From the NCBI RefSeq assembly GCF_030684315.1, contig NC_081373.1, positions 14,783,097-14,847,096 on the forward strand: a DNA stretch of 64,000 nt, read 5' to 3'. The position numbers and the translations under genes are program-made. Positions 26,499-40,380 of this stretch are shown in pieces; within the stretch, counting starts at the first letter, position 1, and each line of letters starts with the position of its first letter. This DNA is from Stegostoma tigrinum. Lineage: Eukaryota. A model generated the notes under the pieces. That model searched no databases. It had not been told where the DNA came from and saw only the letters and a list, made by a program, of their open reading frames with translations.

Positions 26499-26549
26499 CC
26501 CGATGATTTTTCCATTGCCAGGCTCGCAGAGATAAGCTTCGTCTACCAT
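26499..26549 (-). CDS. slc2a15: Probable first coding exon of the slc2a15/SLC2A9-like gene (MVDEAYLCEPGNGKIIG)
   Basis: ATG in strong Kozak context (gagtcATGG), 17 codons, then a phase-0 donor GGG|GTAAGA. It splices in frame to the 5180-5278 exon, giving MVDEAYLCEPGNGKIIG-HLTWPLL, a typical short GLUT N-terminus. It lies in a locally CpG-enriched, repeat-free stretch. Implied intron is 5279-26498 (21,220 bp). Confidence 0.78.
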
Positions 26550-27020
26550 GACTCCAGCCAAATACAGTCAGCAAACTCAACTGTCCCGCAACGGAGAGAC
26601 AAAACCATTCAATTTCTTCGCCCCCACCCCTCGAATCTCCACCTCAATTCAGCTTGAATTCGGAAAGCAAGATGATTGACGATCCATTCGGGCAATGGAA
26701 AGTGAGACCAGGCTGTCAGTCATAGTGGGGGGGAACAACAATGTGTTTGTTGGGAGGGAAGGCGGGGACTTAACAGTGTCTGTAACAGAGAGGCTGCGGA
26801 AGCGTTTGGATCCCTAAAATGTAGCAGCACAGGCAAATAAGTAATCTTGAATTTTTAGCTAGAATAATGAAGATTGCCTGCAGAGTTTCCTTCATTGTGC
26901 AAAAGTTCGAGAGGATGCAATACTTGCTTCTACCACAGTAACTGACGGTACAAAACTTACTGTTAAATAAATGGGACTCAATCTGGGCAAAACTCATGCG
27001 GTCAAACAACAGCCTTCTTG
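26550..27020 (-). promoter_or_regulatory. Putative promoter / 5' leader of the slc2a15-like gene
   Basis: Repeat-free and visibly CpG-richer than its flanks, with a GC-box-like aaggcggggact at 26759-26770, directly upstream of the ATG at 26549. The TSS is not determinable. Confidence 0.5.
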
Positions 27021-27098
27021 GAATTATTCTCCAAAGTGCCTGATTATTTTGTGTTCCTTCAGTTTAGACAGGAAGTGGTAATATTTTCCATTGAATTT

Positions 27099-27415
27099 CC
27101 ACAGTGTGGGAGCAGGCTATTCGGCCCATCGAATCCACAACAACCCTCCAAACAGCATTCCCCCCCCCCCCCCCCAGGCCTACCCTATCCCTGCATTTCC
27201 CACCCAAGACACTACGGGTAATTTAGCGTGGTCAATTCACCTAAGCTGCACGTCTTTGGACTGTGGGACGAAATCAGAGCATCCAAAGGAAACCCACGTA
27301 GACACGGGGAGAATGTGCAAACTCTACATGGACAGTTGCTCAAGGCTGGGATCAAACCCGAGTCCCTGGCACTGTGAGGCAGCAGTGCTAACCACTGAGC
27401 CACTGTGACGGCCCC
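27099..27415 (-). mobile_element. HE1-type SINE
   Basis: Reverse-complement copy of the same SINE. Confidence 0.85.
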
Positions 27416-30290
27416 TTAGTGGATCAATTACAGTCAGAGCTGTACAGTGCAGAAACAGACCTTTCGGTTTAAATCATTCATGACTACGAGATATCCTAAA
27501 CTGATCTTGTCCCATTTGCCAGCATTTGGCCCATATCACTCTAAACCCTTCCTATTCATGTACCCATGTAATTGTACCAGCTTCTAACACTTGCTCTGCT
27601 AGGTCATTCCATACACACGCTACTCTCTCCGTGAAAAAAATTGCCCCTTCGATCCCTTTTAGATCATTCTCCTCTAGACCAGTAGCCTCTAGTTTTGGAC
27701 TCCATTGCCCTGGTGGTCAGGGATAATTAGATAACAAATATTAGCCTTGTGAAAATTCAAATATGCAGCAGGAAAAGACCATTTGGCCCCTTGTGCCTGT
27801 TGTGCCAATCAAGATCATTGCTGACCATCTATTTCAGCATCATTTTCCTGCACTATCTCCATGTTCCTTGTTGCAGTTGTCATCTAGAAACCAATCGATC
27901 TCCAACTTGAACATGCTCAATGGTTGACCTCTACAGCTCCATGGGGTAGAGATTCCCAAAATATTTACCACCCTCTGAGTGGTCTCCCATCTCTTATCAC
28001 TGAAACTGTTGTTCTTTACTCTGAGACTGATCCACCTGCTCCATCCAATTTTAAAAAAACTCAGTGGTATTAAAAAAACTCTGCATTGTAAGATTTGATG
28101 TAAACCTCTCTAATGGGATTATAACTGTGTCTGTGACTAATGTAATGATTCCACTAACACCACTTACCATCATTCTAATGGATATTCCAAAATGTTAACT
28201 GCCAGTTTAAACAGTAAGAATTTTCTGTGAAACTTGGAAGTGATGCTTTCTGCATGATTGAATTCATAATTCACTAAGAGTCTGCCCAATCTTCTATCTC
28301 AAATAATCTTCCTGCGCTATAATCCATATCTGTTGCCTCCCTATGTATTCCAAAAATCTATCAGCCTCTATCTCGAATACGTTCATTTGATGAACTGCTC
28401 CCTGGGGTCGAGAACTCCAAAGTTCCTCAACACTTTGAGTGTTACCTCAGTCCTAAATGGTTAGACTCTCATTCTGAGACTGTCCTCCCTACTCCGAGAC
28501 TCCATGGATGGATACTGCCTCCTGATATTTACCAAGTCAAGCCCCTTTAGAGGTAAATGCCTTTCAATGAAATTGCTTTTCATTCTTCTAAACTACTATC
28601 ATAAAACTCTCTCTAGTTCACTGATGTATTTTTGAGAAGGAAATCCACCATCCTTACTCAGTCTGACCTACATGTGATTCTTGATCCACAGCAACATGGT
28701 TGACTCTTAACTGCCACCAGCATTGTTCTAGCAAACCGCTCAGTTAAGGGCAGTAGGGGTGGGCACGAACTGCAGACCCTGCCTTCTTGAACAAAAGCGT
28801 TTGTTTGGCTCTTTTCTAATCCTTTGGCACAATTTGCATGTTTAAAGAGGATTGAAAAATTGTTTTCATAATGTCTCGTGTCTTCTGTATTTTATAACCA
28901 ATAACTTACTTAGTTCAGGGTTTTACTAATTTTCTCTGAATGAATGTTTCCTTCATCAGTGGTCTCTATTGATTGTTTGCATAACTTCAAATTGTGTAGA
29001 ACCTTTAATATCTAAAGCAATCATAATATTCCCTTCTGCATCTATATTCTTCTCTGCCATCATTTGTAAAATTCAAAGCAAAATAATTCCACAAAAACAT
29101 CATTCTCCGCAGGTAGACCTATTTTCACTTTAGTGCATTCTATTCTTGCTGATGATTCATTTTCATCTTATGCTTAGAAATCTTTAGTTCTCCTTTATAT
29201 GTGGTCTGGCATTTTTCCCTTTATATCTCTTCCAGTATCACCTCCCCACTGTACTCTTTATATTCTTCCTGACTTTCCACAGTGGTTTTTGCTCTGAGGA
29301 AGCTCCTTCGTTAATAATTAGTTCTGAATTAGCCCTGTGTGGCTGTGGTCACTCAGACACATCCCCAGCCAACTGCACAAACCATCTGTTTGATGCTTGC
29401 TGGCCTTTTAACAAAGTGAGTGAGTCATCCTGTGCTGAAACCAACATGTTTGCTGGGAATCAGCAGATCCATCTGTGTTGTGGATGAGTTCTAATTCTGG
29501 GATAACCTGGCCCTCTGATCTATCTGTTCACAGCCCTCAGGCCAGGAGGCCGCATTAAATGAGATTTCAAACCTTATTCATCTGTCCTGTCCAGCAAACT
29601 CCATCCGGGGCTTGTATGTGTCTAATAAACTGCCCCTGGGTGAGAGGAAACCGTTGAAAATGGGCTTTCAAACAAACATTAAATAGGACACTGTCTGATC
29701 CATAAAACCATTAATAAAATAAATTGGACAAATTAACTTTTTGGTTGTACTTGCTGAAATTACGGACAGTGAAGAGACAGGAAGATTCTTAGGTTTTGAC
29801 AATGAACATTATTGACAGAATCGTAGAATGCGTATGGCACCGAAGGAGGCCATTCAGCACGTTGTGACTTCACTGGCTCTCTAGATGAACAATTTATATC
29901 ATGATGCTCCCCTGCTCTGCATGGTTTTTCCTTTGAGCTAAGTGACAGCCATTCCATAACCTATTGATTTGGAGTTGGAATGCAAACTGATAGTCAATGC
30001 TGGGAAGTGAACTAAGCAATAGCATCATTCAGGAGCGTGCATGGTACATGTGAGCAGTGTACTATAAATTCAGTGAACCTGCATTCCTACATGACCCTGT
30101 ACTGTGCCTGTCCTGGTAGCATTTGATGGGGGCTGTGTAAAGGAAGATTTACTCTGATCAAGCACTGTGCCCTACCTATCGAAGAAGTGTTTGTTGGGAC
30201 ATTATACAGGGAGCTGTATCCTGTATTTAGCTCTGTCCTGTGTCTGCCCTGGGAGCGTTTCATGGGGAAACTGTAAAATGACTTAATAAT

Positions 30291-30593
30291 GGGGTGGCAC
30301 AGTGGCTCAGTAGCACTGCTACCTCACAGCACCAGGAACCTAGGTTCAATTCCATCCTCGGGCGACTGTCTGTGTGGAGTTTGCACATTCTCCCCGTGTC
30401 TGCATGGGTTTCCTCCAGGTGCTCTAGTTTCATCCCACAGTCCAAAGATGTGCAGGCTAGGTGGATCAGCCATGCTAAATTGCCCACAGTATTCAGGGAT
30501 GAGTAGATTAGGTGGATTATAAGAGAATACGTCTGGGGGTCAGTGTGGGCTTGTTGGGCCAAAGGGACTGTTTACACGCTGTAAAGATTCTCA
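30291..30593 (+). mobile_element. HE1-type SINE
   Basis: Same head and core. Confidence 0.85.
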
Positions 30594-33500
30594 GAACTCA
30601 CTAACTCTTTCTACTTGTACTCCTCTTGCTTGTTTCCTCATTCCAAATTTCCACTGACCCTGACCTAGAGGAGTGTGAGCAAGTTTATACAGGTTGTATG
30701 GATCAGAAAAATGAGGAGGGCCTTAAGCACCACCATCTAAGATTATATACATGTATATATGAGCAAAATAGATCAATATTTTCAAGGGATAAAACCTAAC
30801 TTCCTGGTCCTCCTCATAAAATGTGCAGCAATGTGTAATATATCAATGTTACCTGCAACTAGTTGATAACATGAAATTAATTACTACAAGCTCCTCTTCT
30901 GGTTAGACCAGGAAGTGGTTTTCCTGTATCACATTGCACCAAGCAGGTGAGATGCAGACTTGACTTTAGTTGCAAGCATGGCATAGTGTTCAGCAGTAAG
31001 GATTTTATTTACCTGCCTCTTATTACATGCTGGCTGGAGTTCTGAAAGTTTCTCAGCTTCTAAATACCCAGTCTGCTCGTGTAGATGGACAGCGGGGAAG
31101 AGATGAATATTCCAAGCTCTCCAAAATAAACTCTCATTGCAAGATTCAATAAAGAAGAATCTACAGTCAATGGTGAAAACATTTTAGAACTGCTAACAGA
31201 TATAAAGCAGTAGACAAGTTAGGAACCCCTTGGAGAAGGGGATTCGTTAAACAACTAAAACTTAAACTAAAACAGACACAAGCTGAAATAAAAGTTTACA
31301 TATTTCATAACCTATTTACTGGCAGATTGAGAATGAAAATCTTTTGACACAGATTAAGGCTGTGATGTGTACAACTCCATGAGGTCTCACAGAATGACTA
31401 ATACCCAAAGATTCAAGGTACTGCAAAAAAGAAATTGTTTGTTTCAACAGGGCAGTTGTCTTCCGGAAAAGGAATCTGTTAGTTTAAGTGTTCCCCAGTT
31501 TAACTGCAAAGCAGTAATTGACTGTTTTGTTCTCTATGATGGAAATCCACGGTATTAAAGGGCCTCCTGTTTGAAGGGACTTTTAAACCTCATCCTGTCA
31601 GGGGAAGAATCAGTCAACTATCTTCAACGCAGGGAGCCACCAATCTTCCAAATCCAAAGAGAATACTTTCTGGGAGAATAGTCAGGCATTGATCTCCCGT
31701 ATTTGTGAAGCCAAAAAACTGGGGGAATTGGAGTGGTGGCAAATACAAATACAAACACAATATTTAATAATAATAATAACCAGAAAAAAATGTTTGGGAG
31801 GAGATAGTGTCTAAGAGTATAACAGTTTGAAAGGGTTCATTCTGAGAACTGCCTTAAAAACCACCCACTATGATGATGTCATGTGAACTTGTGGGCAGAA
31901 ACAACTTAGGATCTTGAAAGAATGAGACCTATCATCCAGGTCCTCTTCATAGTCTCTGTAATAATGTCTATCATATCAATGCAACTTTTAACTAGTTGCT
32001 GATGTGGAATAAACTACTTCTTGCTCAAGACAAGTGTCTCTCCTGCTTAGACCTGTAAGTAGCTGTCCTGAGCTACAACAGACCAAGCAGGCCCTATAGA
32101 TTGCTACACTTAAAACAAATGATGGTAAAAAACCTATCACCCAATGAGGTGCAGACATGGTTTGAGTGCATGTACAATAAGGAAGCCTCTTTGCTCAGAG
32201 ATTGCTTTACAAATGATGACCTCACATCCTCAGCTGCTACAGCAAAACCTCAAAATGTGGTAATAGGAACTGTTTGCCTATTAGAATTGAAGGGCAAGAG
32301 CATGATGGAATTGGCGCTGATGGAGAATGTGTCTGTGACTGAAAAGGAGATTGGTGAAAGAAGTAAAGGAGAGAGAAAAGTAGACTCTTTTTCTGCAATA
32401 AACAGTTGTGATTTGGAATGTGCTGCCTGTAAAGACATAATATTTTTTCTTTTTTTTGTCATGATTGTTTTCCTAGATTTTTTGAAATATAATTCATCTG
32501 AACCAGGGGCTTTTCCATTTTGTATTTGCTAAGTTTATTTAATATATCCCTAATTTTTATCTAAATGTATACATTGCCTTGCTCACCTCATTGTTCAATG
32601 TCATGATTACCTGTTCTATTTCCTTGGTGTATATCAAAGAAAAATAATCATTTAATGTTTCCACTATCTCTCTATCATTATCTGTGATATTATTCTGTCT
32701 ATATCTTAATGATCCAATTCCTTTGCAGCTTTCTTAAAAAATTGACATATCTGTGAAGTATTTATGTTCCTTGACAATTTAATTCCATATTCCTCTTTAC
32801 CCACCCAGTTTGTTTCTCCTAATCACTTTGTGTTATCTCATATCTTGCTCTCCTTTGATGTTACTGTACTGAATGTGTGTTTCTTTCCTATCTCATAGTT
32901 GTTCCCTATGTCGTTATTCATCCACAGAGTCACACTCATGTTTATCTTGTTCTTTTCTTTGAGCGGAATGTATTTTCCCTCAGCTCCTCTGAAGAACATT
33001 TTCAATGTTTCCCATTATTGTTCTGCATTGTTATTTCCCAAAATTGTTGCCCATTTTGTTTTCTAGAGTTTGATTGTCAATTGTTCTCCATTATATGAAC
33101 CTGATTTTCATCTTACTTATGTCCTTCTCCAGTGTCAACTTAAAGCATATTACATTATGGTCACTGTTGCCTGGATAGTCCCCTATTTCTCTTACCGGCT
33201 CTGGGTCATTCTTCCATTACTAGTTCCAATTGTAAGTCTTCCCTTGTGGGGCTATTTACATATTGGATTAGAAAGCAGTTCTGCACACATGTTATGAAAT
33301 TCCATTATATTAAAGGTGTTATATAAATTTCTTTTCTCACTTCTTCATTTTGGGCAAGGTCTCCAGCCCACTCAAGGCAATAGGCAGCCAGTTGTGCCCT
33401 TTTAAAATGGGCATATGTGGGAAGTGTGAGACTATTTGATGCCAACATGAAGCCATCAAGATAGGTCTTGGTCAAAGAGGTAAATGTTAAGGACCATCTT

Positions 33501-36079
33501 AAACAAGAGAGAATGTTACTTAAATGTAAAAGGTTTAGGGTAGAAAATCCAGAGCTTAGCTGATACAATGTTCCAACAAAAAATATCACCAAGTCATGTT
33601 TGGTCATTCCACAAATCTTTCCACTGCTTCCTTGTTCTTTGAAGGAAGCGTTTCAAGATTAAAAAAAGCAAGCTCCTCGCAAAAACACCAGCACTCGTTC
33701 TCTCTCTCCTGCAAAGGCAATGCAGCCACAGAACATATCAATTTGTTTTATTATCTGAGATAAGCATCCTCTAAGACAATTTATTTGTGCAGAAATTAAT
33801 TAGGAGTGAAGCTAATTAAATTATTTTGGATTATTAAAACAGATCCATTTATTTAATATTGGGATTGCCTGTGGCCAACAATTTCTCTTTTTTACCTCCG
33901 ATGCTTTTTGCTATAAATCACGTTATATAACCTGTATTTTGTGTAAAACTTAATTAGAGTCAGAAGTAAAACAAATTAAATTTCTTTTAGATTATTACTC
34001 TTGGATCAATTTGTTTTAATACTGAACAACACCCACAACCTAGCAATATTCCTACGCATTAAGTTAGAAAGTAATTAACTGCGGCAATGTTTAAAGCTGA
34101 TTTATATTACTGTAAAGATTGATTACAGATTGATTACTACGCATGGAATCTGTTACTAGGCCCTGCCTTCCATTTGCAACACAAGCAAAGCAGGGTCATG
34201 TTGTGCGCTTGGTGGAGCACTCACCTTTATTGTCAAGCTCCCTGCTAATGTGACCAAAGCAGAATTTATTTAAACTGATTAACCAAACATTTCTAACCTC
34301 CTATCCTTCTTTATTCTGTGTGGGAGAAAGATCCACAATTGTATAGTCTTTATTGCATATACAGTGCTGTGAAGCACACAGAGAACCAGAGAACGTTCAT
34401 AGATTGATATCAGGTATGCAGTGATTGTCTTATGAGGAGAGGTTGAGTAGGTTGGGGTGGTACTCAGTGGGGTTTAGAAAGCTGAGAGGTGAGCTCATTG
34501 AAACACAGAGGCTTGATAGGATAGATGAGAATAGGTTGTTTCTCTTTCTGGCGATTCTAGGACCAGAAGGTATAATCCATGAGTAAAATGTGGAGGTGCT
34601 GATGTTGGACTGGGGTGGACAGGGTCAGAAATCACACAACACCAGGTTATAGTCCAACAGGTTCACTTGAAAACACAAGCTTTCGGATGTTGAGGTTGTG
34701 GATCAACCTGATCACCCACAACCCAAGCTACAGATCTACTCTAAAACCTTAGACAAGCTTTCGGAGCATAGGCCCTTTGTCAAGTCACTTCACCTGACAA
34801 ACGGGCTACGCTCTGAAAGCTTGTGTTTGCAAATAAACATGTTGGACTACAACTGGTGTCGTGTGATTTCTGACATTTAATACAGAAATGAGGAGGAATT
34901 TCTTCACTCAGAGGGTACTGAATCTGTGGAACTCTTTGCTTTAGGGGATTGCAATGGCTGGGTCATTAAGTATACCCCAAAACTGAGGTAGACAGCTTTT
35001 TAAACAGTAAGGGAACCAAGGGTAATGGATAAAGGCAAAACTGTGGAGTGAGGTTTATCATATCAGCCACAATCTCATTGCAGATTAGATAGACTCAATG
35101 GCTTATTTCTGCTCTTATGTTTTTCCTTTGGATCTTGCCACTGGGGACATCAGTGTTTCCTGTGAGGAGAATGAAAATAACAGTACTTTTTTTGTATAAA
35201 GACAAGGTAATTGAGTAGAGAAATTGTCGTTCTTGTTGTTGAGAACAATCTCGTCAACTGGACAAGAGGACAGCACCAAGAAGAAGGGAATAAGACTGTC
35301 TCATTACTGTCTCACTTTGAACAGACTTCATTAAATTACACTGGAAGGGATAGGTGCACAATGCAATGTCAGGTATTTTCTTGGGCTTGGTTTGGACAGA
35401 TTTCCCACTTTCTTCAGGGCTTCATTTCTCTACTTTGGTGAACGCAGAGTGTATCTTCAGTGGCGTTGTTCAAGGCACTGATGGGATCTCTAAACTGTGC
35501 AATCCCTGCTTAAGGAGATTCTCAGCAGACTGATAGTGATTTGAGGAAAGATTGAATTCCCATGGAGTTTTGTGCAGGTTATTGATGACAACAACCTGTA
35601 TTTATGTAACGTCTTTACAAGTGAAAAGATATCAGTACAGTTACACAACAATGACAATGCAGTACCATTGGTCAGAAATTGAATTGGACTAGCCAGATAA
35701 ATACTGAGGCTACAAGACAGGTCAGTGACTGGGAGTCGTGCAGTTAAAAACACCTCCTGACTGCTCGAAGTCTGTCCACCATCTGCAAGGCACAAGTCAG
35801 GCATGTGATCGAATATTCTCACTTGTTTGAGTGATTGTGTTTTCGGCAATGCACAAGAAGCTTGACACCATTCAGGACGAAGTAGCCCACTTGATTGACA
35901 CCACATCCTCAAACATTTACTCCTTCCATCAAAAATACACAGTAGCAACAGTGTGTACCATATGCAAATACACTGCAGAAATTCACCAAGTCTCCTTCAA
36001 AAGCAGTTTCCAAATCCATGACCATTATAAGGGCAGCAGATACATCACCACCAGCAAGCACCTCTCTAAGGCCACTCAC

Positions 36080-38060
36080 ATAGAGCCCTACAGCAAGGAA
36101 AAGGCCCTTTGGCTCAACTTGTCCATGTTCACCAGGTTTCCTAACTGACTAGTCCCATTTGCTCGGATTTGGCCCATATCTGCAAAGTTTTTCTATCCAT
36201 GTACCTGTCCAAATGTCTTTTAAATGCTGTAGTTGTACCCACCTCTACCACTTCCTCTGGCAGCTCATTCCACATATGCACCACCGTCTGTTGTCCCTCA
36301 GGTCCCTTTTAAGTCTTTATCCTCTTACCTTAGATCTATGCCCTCTAGTTCTGGACTCCTCTACCTTGAGGAAAAAACCCTAGCTATTCACCTTATGTAT
36401 GCTTCTCAGGATTTTATCAACCTCTATAAGGTCACCCCTCAGCCTCCTATGATCCAGGGTAAAAAAATCTCAGCCTACCCAGCCTCTTCTTATAACTCAA
36501 ACAATCTAGACTCAGTAATATCCTTGTAGATCTTTTTTGTAGCCTTTCCAGTTTAATAGTATCCTTCCTAGAGCAAAGCAACCAGAATTATATGCAGTAC
36601 TCCAAATGTGGCCTTACTAATGTATTGTACAGCCATAATATGATGTACTTTAATTCCTGGACTCCATGCGCTGACTGAGAAAGACAAGCATGTCAAATGT
36701 CTTCTTCATCACCCTGATGCCACTTTGAAGAAACTAGGTACTTCCATCCCTAGGTCTCTCTGCTCGACAACACTCCTTAGGGCCCCACAATTAACTGGGT
36801 AAACCCACAATTTTCCACTCACAAAGCTATGCTGACTATCCCAAATCAGTCCTTGCCTTTCCAAATGCATGTAATCCAGTCTCTCAGAATCTCCTACGAC
36901 AATATACCCACTGCTGGCATTAGACTCACCAGTCTGTAGTTTCCTGGCTCTTCCTTGCAGCTTTTCTTAAATAATGCCGCAACATTAGCAACCCTCCAGT
37001 CGTGTGGCACCTCACGCATGGAAGTCTATGATACAAATATCTCTGCTCGGGGCCCTGCAATATCTTCCTTAGCTTCCTACACTGTCCTGGGATGTACTTG
37101 ATCAGGTCCAAGGGATTTATTACCATGATGCGTTTTAAGACCTCCATCATCTCCTCTTCTGTAATGGTGACTCTTTTTAATTCATGACTGTTTATTTCCC
37201 TGAGTTCCCTAGCTTCCATGTTTTTCTCCACAGCAAATACTGATTTGAAATATTCGCTTAGGATCTCCCCGTTTCCTATGATTCCAAACATTGATGACCT
37301 CATTGATCTTTAAAGGGCCCTATTCTCCCTCGACAATATTGCCCTTAATGTACTTGTAGAACCTCTTTGGATTATCCTTTACACTACCTGCCAAAGCTAT
37401 CTCATATCGCCATTTTGCCCTCTTGATTTCTCTCTTAAGTGTATTCCTACACCCTTTGTACTCCACAAGGGATTTACGTGATCCCCGACGTCTGTACCTG
37501 ACATATATCTCCTTTTTCTTGACCAGAACTTCAATATCTCTAGTTGTCCATTGTTTTTTACTCCTGCTAGCCTTGCCCTTCACACAATAGGAACATGCTG
37601 TCCCTGAACTCTTGTTATCCTGCTTTTTGAAAACCTCCTGTGTGCCAGACATGCCTTTACCTGCGAACAGTGTCCCTGAGTCAACTTTTGAAGGTTCCTG
37701 TCTAATACCATCAAAATTGGCCTTGCCTCAATTTAGAACTTTAACTTGTAGACGAGATCGATCCTTTTCCATATCTATTTTAAAACTGATTGAATTACAG
37801 TTACTGGTCCCGAAGGTGCTCCCCCAACTAACATCTCAGTCACTTGCCTGTCTTATTTCCCAAGAACGGGTCAAATTTTACTACTTCTCTAATAGGGCCA
37901 TCTAAATTTTGTTTGACAAAGCTTTCTTGAACACACTTAACAAATTCTTCCCCATCCAAGCCCTTACCACTATGGCAGTCTCAATCTATGTTTGGAAGGT
38001 TAAAATCGCCTACTATGACAACACTATTATTTTTACAGTTATCTGCAATCTTCCTACATA
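36080..38060 (-). mobile_element. CR1-type LINE ORF2 fragment
   Basis: ORFs read KDNPKRFYKYIKG and EILSEYFKSVF, plus a CR1 3' end. Confidence 0.85.
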
Positions 38061-38454
38061 TTTGCTCCTTAATTTCCCGCATGTCGTCCTGACTTGGAAA
38101 TATATCACCATTCTTCAGCGTTGCTATTTCAAAATCCTAGAACTCCCTCTAAAACTGCAATATGGGCACACCTACACTAAATGGAAAGCAACAGTTCAAG
38201 ACCACCTTCTCAAGACCAACTACAGATGGGCAGTAAATACTGGCCACAGTTGTGCTATCTCTGTACCTTACATGCAAATAGGCAGACATGTGACAGATGC
38301 AGCTTAATGTAGAACTGAGAGGTCATATGTTTGGAGACAGATGAAATTGATGGCCTGGCAAAGACTGGCCCTTTATGCCTTTTTGACACTTGTAATTGCT
38401 AAATTATCATGACTTGTTAATTGCTACATGCACACAGCCACTCCACAAAATGTC

Positions 38455-38815
38455 ATAGAACATAGAACATAGAACATTACAGCGCAGTACAGGTCCTTCG
38501 GCCCTCAATGTTGCACAGACCTGTGAAACCGATCTGAAGCCCATCTAACCTACACTATTCCATTACCATCCATATGTTTATCCAATGACCATTTAAATAC
38601 CCTTAATCTTGGCGAGTCTACTACTGTTGCAGGCAGTGCATCCCACACCCTTACTACTCTCTGAGTAAAGAGCCTACCTCTGTCATCTGTCCTATATCTA
38701 TCACCCCTCAATTTAAAGTTATGTCCCCTTGTGCTAGCTATCTGAGGAAAAAGGCTTTTACTGTCCACCCTATCTAATCCTTTGATCACCTTATATGTCT
38801 CTATTAAGTCACTTC
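38455..38815 (-). mobile_element. CR1-type LINE 3' end with (TTCTATG)n tail
   Basis: IKGLDRVDSKSLFP...TRGHNFKL...FTQRVVRVWDALP, with catagaa repeats. Confidence 0.85.
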
Positions 38816-38994
38816 TTACTGAGATGGAAAAGAAGGTATGGGAGTAAGTACTAATGGAAAAACATTCAATTTAATAATGGAATAGGGACAGTTAAGGGGA
38901 ACAAATATTTCAATCCATTAAAGTATGTGTACAGATAGGGTAAGAAGGCTTGCTGGGGCTTTGTAAACATAAAAGAGAGTGAGAAAAGGTAAAT

Positions 38995-39230
38995 AAGATC
39001 TTGTTTTCTGAAAGAGTGCAATGCCTTGCTCTCTGGGACTGAGCAACATCTCGCTCTCTGGGACTGAGTAACAACTTGCTTTCTGAGAAAGTGTAACATG
39101 TCACTCTCTGGGAAAGAGTAACATCTCGCTGTTTGGGGAAGTGTAACATCTCCATTCTCGGAGAAATTGTGACATCTTGCTGTCTGGCACAGAGTAACAT
39201 CTCAGTCTCTGGGAAATTGTAACATCTCTG
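38995..39230. repeat. 25-bp minisatellite, about 9 degenerate copies (gtaacatctcgctctctgggaaaga)
   Basis: Recurring gtaacatct...ctctggga at a 25-bp period. Confidence 0.85.
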
Positions 39231-39678
39231 ATTGTTAAGTTGGATTTTTTTTTGAGAATATGATTATGGCAGTTCCAAAAGATAGCACTAGACGCGAAGT
39301 AGCTAGCTTAACAGGCAGGAATAATATTTGGTCTGCAAGTTACTGGATTTGGATCAAGGGAGGAATGGCTGCAGCTCAGGTATAATGTAAGTTCAGTACA
39401 CCAGGAGATAGGAGAAACTAGAGAAAAAGGTTGAGGGAAGTCTCAAGCACATTGAATTAAGAGGTGTGAAGACAACTGGAGATGAGAAGAACAAAAGTCC
39501 CTGAAGAAATGGAGTTGATAAGTGCAGAATTTGACAGAGGGAAGGAAAGAAAGTAAATCAGGCTGTCAGAGAGTATGAGCACAGGGAATGGATAAGCCAA
39601 CAAAAAGTTGAAAGGAGAGGTGAGATGGGGGAACAGGTTAAGTTGCTCAAAGGCAGAAGTATCAAAGGGTCAGTGGAT

Positions 39679-40034
39679 ACATAGAATCCTTACAGTATGA
39701 AAGCAGGCCATTCAGCTCATCGCATCTATACTGACCCTCCGAAGAGCCTCTCACCCAAGACCCACCCTCTACCCTACCCCTTTAACCTTTCAATTCTCTT
39801 AGGTAATTCACCTAGTCTATACCTTCCTGGACACTACAGGACAATTTAGCATGGCCAAACAACCCAACATGCACATATTTGGACTGTGGGAGGAAACCGC
39901 AGCACTCAGACAAAACCCATGCAGACACAGGAAGAATGTACAAACTCCACACAGACAATCACCCGAGGGTGGAATCAAACCCAGGTCCCTTGTGCTGTGA
40001 TGCAGTGGTGCCAACCACTGAGCCACCGTGCCAC
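39679..40034 (-). mobile_element. HE1-type SINE
   Basis: Reverse-complement copy. Confidence 0.85.
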
Positions 40035-40380
40035 TCACACGGCTGAGATGTGACATGGAGATAAGAACATGCTTCACTACGCTCCAGATATAAACTTACA
40101 GTTGACATGAACTTACAACAACTTGCACTTATACAGTGTGAAATGACCAAGATACACCACAGTTTACTTTACAAAACTGGGACAGTAATTACCACAGCCT
40201 AGAACCTGCTGTTAGGAACTTATCACTACGCTATCTGATTGGCATTCAGTAATTTTTAATTATGGGACATTGGCTTCATTGGCTGGATCAGCATTTATTG
40301 CTTGTCTCCACATGTCCTTGAAAAGGCAGTAGTGAGCTGCCACCTTGAACTGCTGCAGCCTGTGTCTGTCGGCAGGCCTG

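Noticed and set aside
35470-35595. Possible terminal coding exon VVVINNLHKTPWEF...EIPSVP* on the minus strand
   Set aside because: No recognisable homology, a weak acceptor that appears to lie in an old repeat motif, and no partner exons.
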